DNA of 64,000 nt from Eutreptiella sp. 'Long Island Sound 2002' (GCA_964036045.1 OZ038379.1:18104001-18168000); one strand, 5' to 3'; shown: positions 54,501 to 63,797, numbered from the stretch's first letter. Program-made: numbers and translations. The notes: generated by a model from the sequence alone, not told the origin.

Positions 54501-56456
54501 TTGCTGCAGTCCTGCAATCTGTCCCCGCAACCCCGTGTTGACTGCCTGGACATCCCTCAGCTGCGTCTCAACGTCGACTGTCATTTGCTGTTGCCCTGCC
54601 AGCTGCTGCTGCAGGGCCGCTTGCACTTCAGCAATCTGTCCTCGATCACTGTGCATTGCACGAGTCAAAGCTCTGTGTATTGTGCTGAAGGCATCCGCAG
54701 TACCAGCCCCCTCAGATCCCCATATATTAAGACGGCTGCTCGCCTCAGATTCTTGGAAGCGCATCCAGTGTTCTTGAAGTGTCCGGGTCGCTTCAAACGC
54801 ATGTCCCAGCTCTTCAATCTCCTCCTGATACACTGCAGACCCTGCTTGCATCTGGGCTTGTGCCTCCAGCAGCTGCACGTCTGCTCGCACAGCGTGCTGC
54901 TGCAAAGCTGAGTGTAGCTGACCAGCAATGCTGATCAACTCTCCTCCCTCTTCCTGGATCACCTGCATCCTTTCCTGTAGGTTTTGGTGTTCCAGGTCCA
55001 GCTGTTGAGCGATGCCCTGCCTCTCCTTTCCCGTTTCTTGTTCTTCTTGCAACTTCTGAATGGTGCTGTCCCTCTCCTGTAAATCATGCTGCATCTCATT
55101 CCACGCCTTCTGCGCTTGCTCCGCCTCTCGTTGCGCATCACGTAAAGCCGTGTTCCGCCCCCCGAGCTCCTGTTGCAGGTCTGCTAGAGCCCGGTACGAG
55201 GCTGCGGCATGCCTTTGATGCTGCGAAAGCATGGTTGCAGCAATGCCAACCCTTGCGTTGGACTCCTGTGCCTGTACCCAAGCTCGTCCAGAGATTTCCC
55301 CTCCCACAATATCGAACACATTCATAGCTTGCCGCTGCTGCATTTGCGTCGATGGTGCCGCTGACCCTTCACCCACTGGTATTCTTTCCTGTTCAAACAC
55401 CCGTAACTTCTGCAACATGTCAGTGTTCTCCTCTCGTGCTCGGATCAACTCTACTTCAGTTGCGGCCAGCGTGTCTCGGAGGCTTTGAAGCGTGTCCTCC
55501 AGCCCACGGACTTGCCTGTTCAAGCCCTGAATGGACTTGTCTCGGCCTTCGACCTCACTTTGAAGGGCTGTCACCTGGGCCTCGGAGCCGTCCAAGGTTG
55601 TTCCCAGCAGCGCACACTTCTGCAGCAGCTGGCCCTCGGACTCCCGCACGTTCCCCAGGTCCCTGATATGCTCGTTGATTCTCCTCTGCTTCTCCTGCAC
55701 CTCCAAAGTCCTCTGCGCCACTGTACCATGCAGCTGCGCCACCTCCCCTTGCACTGCCGCGTGCTGCGCAGAGGCAGCGGACAGGTCACTTTCCAGTGCG
55801 CCCACCGCCGAGCGCAGCTCCTGCAGTTCTTTGCTGAGCATCGAGGTCACCTGCGAGTGCCCTGCACGCCCTAAGTGCACGATCTGGTCGTGCATGTCAT
55901 GGAACGCCTGCAGCCGCCCTTTGGCCTCCATCTCCATGATCTCTTCCCGGTCCGCCTGTAACGCCTTGTTCCGCTCCCAGAGCGCCCCCATCTGCTCCAT
56001 CTGCAGCGAAAGCCGCACACACGCCTGGTCCCTGTCCTCCAGCAGCTTTTGCGCCTCCTCGGACACCAGGCGCTGCTGGGCCAGCGCCTTCTCCAGCTCC
56101 CGCATCTGCTGCTGCGTCTCCGCAGCCACAACCGCCACCCCCGCAGACTGCAACGGGCCAGTGGTCCCGGACTGGGCACATCGCGTCACCAGAGATCCCC
56201 AGTCCTCGAAAGCCTCCTCCGCGATACTCAGGCGTTGTGACATTTCGGTCACCAGCAGCGCCGGGCTGACTGCCGCATATACATCCGCGCGGCCCGCACC
56301 ATTCGCCAGCAAGGCGGCGGTGTACACATGGTGCATGTCAGACACGGTGACGCTGCGGTGCCGGGACTGAGACGCGTCTCCCTTTTGCGGTACCAGCCCC
56401 TTCGGGGGCGCGCCTGCAGATCTTGGGGCCCCTGGTCCAGACGGCGGAGGGATCAC
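9582..56456 (-). CDS. Giant 46,875-nt coding exon (15,625 aa) of a repetitive coiled-coil protein
   Basis: Lies inside the stop-free ORF 9279..56486. cgttctcatcgcag|GTG ATC acceptor at 56456 and GCG CAG|gtgcgt donor at 9582; length divisible by 3, phase 0-0, matching both neighbouring exons. Coiled-coil composition stops abruptly at the predicted donor. Confidence 0.92.
10426..47933 (-). repeat. Coding tandem array B: 26 full units plus 1 truncated unit of 1,278 nt (426 aa, short) or 1,764 nt (588 aa, long)
   Basis: Marker atgcccaaaccatg recurs at 47626, 45862, then every 1,278 nt down to 27970, then at 26713, 24949, 23692, 21928, 20650, 18886, 16690, 15625, 13861 and 12097. Confidence 0.95.
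48229..55520 (-). repeat. Coding tandem array A: about 4.6 copies of a 1,569-nt (523-aa) unit
   Basis: Identical shadow ORFs recur at 48389, 49958, 51527, 53096 and 54665 (exact 1,569 spacing); only a few substitutions are visible between copies (PST/PTT, ADL/ADV, VRA/VQA, SSR/SNR). Confidence 0.95.
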
Positions 56457-58001
56457 CTGCGATGAGAACGACGTGTACCTGAGCAAGCCCCTTTTTTAGC
56501 GACGGGGGCGGGGGGTTGGGGGGGGCATGTCCTGGAGGGCGGGCAATTTTTGAGGGCAGGCACTGCCTATGTCCTACCGGGGCCGAATGGGGGTCCAGCC
56601 CATGTGGCAGGCACCCACTGACCATGATACAGAGGGGCCAACCTCCATATCTGATATACAATGACCAACAGGTGACTTGTAGTTCGGACAGCCAAAAAAT
56701 CCTGACCACTGTTAGCCTACCCGCTACCCCTCCCTGCGTGGGGGGGGGGGGGGGGTTCTGGAGGAAGCACCAACCGTTTGAAAAAAACGCAAGCATTCCC
56801 CCGCGGCTATGGGACACCGATGCGTGCGCACGAACATGTTCCGCGAGGCACAAGAGATGTGATGCAAAGAAAAGTCCAAGAGGGCTAGATGGCTACATAA
56901 CCCCAACAGTTTGGGGGGTTCCCAATGCTTCAGAGCGAGGGACAAACTTAAAGGTGGCCCACACGCCGGCCCGGTGGCCACATAACCCCTACCGCCTGGG
57001 GGGTCCCCAAAACTGGTTCTGATGTTGCGCATTGCAACACCGCTAGTTCAAGTACGTGAATAGAACCCTTCACACGGAAAGCCCGCATACCCTCGCTACC
57101 AGTGGATGTCTTTGAAGATATGTCTTGTAAATTGGATGTAGTGGAACTATCTCAACTGGAGGACCTAGAAGCGGTGGTGGCACTGCCATTGGAAACAGAT
57201 CCCCAACCCCTAGATCAGCTTGTGTCATCGCGGAAACCTTCTGGATCAGGAACTTCATATGGGTGACGCTCTAGACACCACTTCTTCGTTGCAGCAAGCA
57301 ATCCACCATAGGATACCTTGTTCAATCAGTTGTGGTGCCTCTTGCACAAGAGGGGATCTTCAGTGACATGCCATGGGCGCGTTTCATGAAAAACAACTAC
57401 ACACTCAGAGAGCCCCCCCCCCCCCCTTGGGGCATCCAATCCACGAAACGCTCAGCGAGATCCCTATTTCAGGCAAGACATAGCTTATGGCAAAGCAATG
57501 ATCCTTCTAAACAGGCTTGCAACGCATGCACACATGCCTGTGGCGCTTGCGCATGTGCACACTAACACAGAGAGCTCAATAGCATCAGGGCTGAACCTTT
57601 TGATCAGCGAAGGCCAGGCAGTAAGAATCCAAACGAAATTATGTATCTGGCCCGGTCTCTGGCCCATAATCCGGTCTAGGCCCATACACGAGCAGTGCTC
57701 TCAGCGAGGAGCCATATGCCGGCATATGCGTGCACACACACATGCAAACCTGCACACACATATCCATCTCTTCCCGATCCAAATAATGCGCAGGGACTAC
57801 TCCACATGCCTACGCTGCCGCACGCAACGCCCAATGGAACCTCTACTTTTGCGGAAGCATGAGCGCCCTTTTGGCACACGCGGGGCTGGCACGACCATGT
57901 GCCACACCCTCACTGAGCGCCCACAATCCCATGCCGACCCAGTCCCCTTTCCCCACCACATCATGAGCAGAGCCGAGGTTGGAAACTGTCTGACACAATA
58001 C

Positions 58002-58381
58002 CTGCCCCTGCCCCTGCAGCTGGTCCAAGAGTTCAAAGCGGCCCTCCACCTCCGCCGTCATCAGCGCAATGCGGTCCTCCACCTCGGCCTCCAACACCTC
58101 CTGCTGCTGCCGATCCTGCAGCCGCATCCACTCCACCATACTCCCTACCTCGTGGATCTCCCCACTATATAGCGCCTGCAGTGCCTGCAGGTCGGCCACC
58201 TTCCCTAACACCTCGTCCTCCTTCGCGTCAAGTGCACGCCGCGCGGCGGCCAGCTCGGACTGCAGTGTGCGCATCTGCTGGTGGGCCTCATGTATGGCCT
58301 CAGTTGCGAGGGCAACGAAGTCCTGGTGCTCAGATTGCACCAGCCCCCACCGTCGCTGTGTCTCCTCCAGAGGCGTGCCTT
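58002..58381 (-). CDS. Exon of giant coiled-coil protein gene (EGTPLEETQRRW...LQGQGQ)
   Basis: ctctcttcatcttgcag|AA acceptor (phase 1), CAG|gtattg donor (phase 0); 380 nt; E/Q/A/L-rich heptad-like sequence. Confidence 0.9.
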
Positions 58382-59787
58382 CTGCAAGATGAAGAGAGAC
58401 AGTGACGGGCTCCGAGGCAGGGCTGAATGTAAACATGGGGCACTCCCCAACAACACCCCCCCACCCTTTGTGTGGGGGGCTGAGGTCTCCCACCTTGAGT
58501 GGAAGCACCCTTTGGACGGTGGGTGCCAGACATGCGCCTCCGAGTGAACCTGCTTCTAAAGCGCCTGGGGGACGGCTGTGTTACACAAGGGCAGTCTTCC
58601 GGAGGTTCCGTCCACTCGGTGTGTCTGCCAGTCTGACATGACAGTGCCATTGGTACTGGGGGTAGGATCGGCTTACCTCCAAATAACCCCCCCCCCTTGT
58701 GTGGTGCGACGAAGTATGCAAATCCCAGTAAAACACAACCCCGGGATGGGGTTTGGAGGGGGGTCCACGGGAACATTTAAGCCTCCAAGTGATCCCATGC
58801 CACAGAGATCATTTCAGGCATGTATGTGCAAGACTTCCGGATAACGTTGTCGGCGGCACCTTCAAGCCATTTCTGATCCACGACTCCTCAGACTTCATCC
58901 TTGTTTCTGGGCTTCTGGTTCTGGTAGTATTTTGTACCGTCATGACGCATCATCTGTGCTGCCTCCGCCCCCCCTCCCACCACCCCAGCCACCCTGACCA
59001 AAGTACATGGGGGTGTGTGGGGCTGTGGGTGGGTGTGGGATGGGTGTGAGGGCTTAGCTGTGTGTGCATGTGTGAGCGCGCGCGTGTGTGTATGTGTGCG
59101 CGAACTGAGCAGCCGGCAAGTGTGCCTTTGGTTGCCCAGCGTCAGACTCAGAGTAGCAGACCACTAAGGGATAGGAGTTTTTGAAATCTGACGCCCAGCC
59201 GCGCACAAGAGAGTTCTTAAGGAGCTCCATCAATGGTATACCCATCCCTTTGTTCTAGAAGCATCTGGCGTGGCGTACACTAGTTGGCATGCATGCAGCA
59301 CAGAACAGGGCGGCCTTTGCTTTACAAAGGAATCCTAGCGATTCATGTGAACTTGAGGAACAACACCTCTTTGGGGAAATTGCGCTGCACATTCACCTTA
59401 TGAATGCACATTATGCACATTCACCTGCTTCTGGGAATGGCCAGATTATCACCCCCCCACCCCCAGCCCTACCCCTGCACACACACAATTCATGCATAGC
59501 TGATCTGGTCTGCCTAAAGGAGCCATGACCCCGTTAGCTTGCTTCGGTGGATCTGATCTGCCCTTGACAAATGTCAGGGAGCTGTTGCTGTTGGCACACC
59601 ATATGACTGGGAAAGCAAAAAAAAAGAATGGGAAAACATCTGGAAATGTGCCCCAGGCATCGTTTCTTAGGGGGGGGGGGGGTGGCAGGGGGGTTTGAGG
59701 CACCCACCCACACAAGATGGGGGCTCTCTTGGAGTTGAACAGCACCCCAGCCCCACCTCCCTCTGAGGTGATGGTACATGGTACCAC

Positions 59788-59872
59788 CTTTTTTTTTCCA
59801 AGTTTTGCACTTTTCTGATTTTTTTTTTTGCTGGGTTTTGTGCTTTTTCTGCTTTTTTTTTGTATTTTCGAA
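59788..59872. repeat. T-rich low-complexity tract (A-rich on the minus strand)
   Basis: Several T runs of 8-11 nt within about 85 nt. Confidence 0.7.
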
Positions 59873-62026
59873 GTGTTCTACGGCTGATGCTTATGTTGCT
59901 TTGGTTGGGTTGCTGCTGCGTGGGCTTGAGCTTTGGGGAACTCGGGGGCCAAGGTGATGGGATGTAGTTGGGGCTCATCAGGTCTCTGAGCATGCGCTGC
60001 TACTGCTGCCCTGAGGGCTGCTGCTTCTGCTGTTGTTTGCCATCGCTGTCGCTACTGCTTTGACTGCAGGTTTTGCTGCGCTTCTGCATATGGCTTGTGC
60101 TGGCTTGCTTCTGGTGGTGAGCCCCCTCCGAACTTCACTGTAAGTGGGAAAGACTGAATGTGAAGCATACCGGCACCTGCCACATCAAGTGCTCCTCTAT
60201 CAATGAACGAACACTTGCTGTTTGTGAGATGCCACCTGCCAGCGGCACACCAACTCCGCGCAAACAGGCATCGACTGTCCTAGACCATAACTGACAACCA
60301 CAGTGGTCCTGAAGGGCAGTCGACAAACCACCAAAAGGGGAGCAGGTTGAAAGGCTTGCACGACGATGGAGAGCTGTTCTTCAGTCCTAGCCTCCAACCC
60401 ACATTGAGGATTCAAGGGCCTTTGTCAAACTGCTATGAGAGTCTGAGGGTTGGTGGTGGACCATTCTGTTGTGATCTACAGTCGCTCCAAAGTTTTCTGG
60501 CCCCAATGCGTAGATTGATGCCGATGTTTCTCTCAGTGGAAATCAACCACCAGGAAACTGTTGTTTGTTTTTGGTTGGGCAGCAACAGGGAGGGACGGGG
60601 TAAACCATCAGGCAGAGTAGGTTTGCTAGTAGATGCTTCCGGTTTCACACACTTAGTTGTGTTTTGCGTGCCTCAAGATTGTTGCTGTGTGTTTGGGGGG
60701 GTGAGACCTAGTTCAGGTGAGGTGAGCAAAGGTGTAGGTGGAACCTTTGGTAGACTGTGTGTCTTGTTTTTGGGGCGGGGTTCATCAGAAAGGTGGGTGG
60801 GGGGGAGGTGCAGTATTGCAGTTTTGTGGGTGAGAGTGGAACGTCCAGCCCACTGCAACCAAGTGCGCTGACTGGTACTTGCGGGTGTTCACACTGGTTT
60901 GAGTTCTCAGGAGGCAAGTGTCTGCACTGCTTGTCCCAAGCGACTGGGGAAGAACATTGTTGGTAGGTCAGAGTAGGACGATTGTCTCTCTGCCACTTGG
61001 CGTGCCCGGGGGGGGGATGGACTGTGTAGGTTTTTGATTGTTGTGGTGTTGGTGCTTCCGCTTATTGGGCTGAGGGGTTTGCCTACGGGCTGTGGCGGGG
61101 TTGGGGGGGGGTTGCCATAAAATCCGAGCAAAGGCTGACGGTTGGTCCTTCCACGAGGTGGGGGGCACAAGTGTGTTTCCTGTGTGTACCCCAGCGTACT
61201 CCTTTGTCTCTTCTGTACTCCATGGGGCCCAGGTTGCTTTGCTCTTCCACTCTGTGGCTCTGGTGCTGACAATGACTTGTGGGCAGACATTGTCTTGTGC
61301 CAGCTGATTGCCATGCTGTCACTACCACAGGGCCATGGTCAAATTGTCACTCAACCTTACGTCAGGCGGTTGCATGCGGTGCTCGGATGTGTGCCTTGTC
61401 GTCGCCGTCGTCAATAGAGCACCCCACATTGCCTTGAGAGGAAACGTTGGCACAGGGTGCCTTGAAAACGTGATGCATTCCAGAGTCTGCAACGGCTTGT
61501 CTGTGGGCTGTGTAGCCCGAACACCTGAACCACCTGAACCAGACTGAAACCGTCGGTGACACACGTGCGCCGTGGGGTTTATCCACGGGTGCTGATTTTG
61601 TGTGGCTGTGCGGCATTCCCCCCGCACTGGCCGCTATCTCTTCAGCGCCAGTAACGTAGCGGTCCCCTGAAGAGGACACCAGGGCGGGCCCGGGGGCTGC
61701 CTACAGGAATGGACTGCACGTGGTTGGCGGGCCACCACCATCGGTTGGTGATTGCCCGACAGGTGTGTGGCACACCAACGGCGGTTGGTGATCATGAGTG
61801 GGGAAACGGACGCCGATGTGGCATGTGCCTGCGCCGCCCCTGTGGCATGCTTTCGGAAGTGAAGGATGTATGTAGTCCAGTAGTGGAGGGTAATTCGCAG
61901 GAAGCCGCATTCGGATCCTGTTCCTGAAACTACGGTGCCGAACCACTGAGCCACTGCAGTGGCGTTGGGCAGCCCCTCTGGGAACACGACCCTTCTCAGG
62001 ATGCCCTCCGCGTATCACTCAGTGGG

Positions 62027-62096
62027 TTGGGCTGGGAATCGAACCCGTGGCGACACATCAACAATTTTGTGCCTTTGACCGCTCAAGTACGGGAGC
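62027..62096 (-). other. Degenerate tRNA-derived (SINE-head-like) sequence in an intron
   Basis: Minus strand reads gtacttgagcggtcaaaggc (A-box/D-arm-like) ... gggttcgattccc (B-box); acceptor and anticodon stems do not pair properly. Confidence 0.45.
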
Positions 62097-62392
62097 ACGC
62101 CCTGGTGGTTGGTGGTTAAACGAAGAAATATGGTTGGAAACTGCCGGAGAATATCGCTGCCTTGGTGCAGTCCTGCAGAGCCGTGCTGAGTAAAAACCCC
62201 AAAACAGCAACAGGCCTAGCGGGGGCTCGGGGGCTCCCTGACGACAGTCCATAAGAGGAGGGCATAGCAGAGCATGCGGTGGTCCTTGGAAATGCGTCAT
62301 ACGAGACGATTGTCGGGAGAAGGCGCCCAGCAGCTGGGGGGGCCAGGGGGGGGAGGGCTGCATCGTTGAGATCTCAGCAGGCGGAAACTGAC

Positions 62393-62612
62393 CTGGGGTT
62401 CCCTCGGTTGCAGACAAAGCCACCGGGTAGCTGCGGCGGTCCAACGCCATGGCACCGAGTAGCTCTACGGCAGCGGTGGCCTGCTGCGACAAGATGAGCA
62501 TGCGGCTCTGAGCCTCGGTGTCCATGAGCTGGTATCGTGCAGAGTCCTGCAGTTGGACATACTCCATCAATGTACTCAGATCCTCCAGCTCTGTGTCGTA
62601 CACCTTGTGCAC
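62393..62612 (-). CDS. Exon of giant coiled-coil protein gene (VHKVYDTELEDL...ATEGTP)
   Basis: gtgttgcag|GTG acceptor, CCA G|gtcagt donor; 220 nt, ends in phase 1, which matches the phase-1 start of the next exon; carries the Y..EL/E...R degenerate motif seen in other exons. Confidence 0.85.
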
Positions 62613-63130
62613 CTGCAACACAAAGCGCGGTGGCAATGGCCACTGCCTGACATGCCCCAGCCTGAACACCACGAAAGTCCGCTTTACACTTGTTCTGGTT
62701 GGCTCCCTTGGCAGCGGCCTATCACACACAGCGACCATGGCCGGTCCAGGACCCTGCACCTGTGAAGCACAGCCGACTCTGGGGTCGGCCCCCTCGGCCC
62801 CATCCCCAGCCTTCCCGCATAACACCCAGTGTCCTCTGTCCGCCCGGAGTGCTGCTTTGTGGCCCCCGCTCCTGTCCCTGCCAAGGGCAACGCCTGCCCC
62901 CGCCCCTGCCCCCGCGGCCCCAAGAGATGCCCCTGATGGTGCTAGAATGAGCAGTCGCAAGGCCAAGCCCGTGACTTTCAGGACCTTCCCGTAAAACAGA
63001 ACAGGTCGTGCCCCATTACTTTGCCGTCATCACCTGGTGCCACTCCCTTTCAGTGGGCCCAAAGGAACCGAAAGAAAAGTCACATGCGAAGCCACTGCCA
63101 TTGTAGCATCGAACACCCTGAGACAGCTGT

Positions 63131-63185
63131 CAACAACCGTCAACCGGTCATCGGTTGACCACCAGCTGTCGGCGGTTGGCGGTCA
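63131..63185. repeat. AACCGCC/GGCGGTT-rich dispersed repeat copy
   Basis: caacaaccgtcaaccggtcatcggttgaccaccagctgtcggcggttggcggt, closely similar to 268-320. Confidence 0.7.
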
Positions 63186-63438
63186 AGCTTCCGTAATTAG
63201 AGCTGCCGCAATGGTTTGCAACCCACGTGTTGTGCGTGGGGATCGCAAATTGCAATTGCTTTTTTGCCCAACCATCACACGTGACACTGGATGGTGACAG
63301 GAACAGGCCCTTTCAGGGAAAAGGACGTTTGGCTTCTTACGGCCGATTGAAAGTGAAGGGCACAGGGGAGCGGTGGGAGACTGGCTTTGTCAACAGCCGG
63401 CACGTGGGGTGGGCACAAGCAGCAGTGAGGAGACACAC

Positions 63439-63534
63439 CTCCTCTGTGTCTTCATGTCTGGTCGAGTCTACTGCGTTTTGATTCGCTCTTTGGTAGGTGG
63501 TCACGGTAGTTGCTAGAAACTCCAAGAGCTCCGC
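63439..63534 (-). CDS. Exon of giant coiled-coil protein gene (AELLEFLATT...HEDTEE)
   Basis: atgcag|GCG acceptor, GAG|gtgtgt donor; 96 nt, phase 0-0; helical-looking peptide. Confidence 0.72.
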
Positions 63535-63554
63535 CTGCATGGGGACCGCACGCG

Positions 63555-63650
63555 TGTGTGCACGTGCATGTGTATGTGCGTGTGGGTGGGTGGGTGAATG
63601 TGTGGGTGTGGGTGGGTGTATGTGTATGTTCATGTGTGTAAATATGTGTC
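63555..63650. repeat. Imperfect (TG)n/TGGG microsatellite
   Basis: gtgtgtgcacgtgcatgtgtatgtgcgtgtgggtgggtgggtgaatgtgtgggtgtggg... Confidence 0.7.
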
Positions 63651-63797
63651 GAGGGTGCGTCACAGCCATGGGCCAGCGATGGATGCGACCCAATGGTCCA
63701 CTGACCCCTCCCTGCGTCGAATCTTAGCAACAACCCATTGTTGGTAACAATCAGGTCGGCTGATCAACTGCAGTGCGGGGCTTCACAGCTCGCACAC

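Noticed and set aside
10693-56370. Hundreds of + strand and alternate-frame ORFs (MPKPC..., MLPQHG..., MQKQAQ..., etc.)
   Set aside because: They are antisense or frame shadows of the E/Q/A/L-rich repeat (S/C/R/L-rich, repeating with the unit period, broken by stops in some copies). I use them only as repeat markers.
9279-56486. Treating the 15,735-aa ORF as a complete intronless gene with its own ATG and stop
   Set aside because: The ATG at 56486 lies 30 nt upstream of a good in-phase acceptor, and the last 100 aa follow a GTGCGT donor and lose coiled-coil character. Homologous in-phase exons flank both sides.
59667-59993. K-rich 108-aa minus-strand ORF as an extra exon or gene
   Set aside because: The lysines come from a T-homopolymer-rich tract. 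The flanking exons already join in phase (62393 to 58381), and I found no convincing splice sites.
62027-62096. Functional tRNA genes here and at 4708-4780
   Set aside because: A/B boxes are present, but the acceptor, anticodon and T stems do not pair into a cloverleaf.
62650-62966. 5' part of the 302-aa ORF 62058..62966
   Set aside because: Only 62393-62612 looks coding and is splice-bounded; the rest is G/A-rich intronic read-through.
388-63534. Naming the protein (myosin, kinesin, SMC, rootletin, titin, FAZ-type, etc.)
   Set aside because: No motor, ATPase, Ig or other diagnostic domain is visible; coiled-coil composition alone does not justify a gene symbol.
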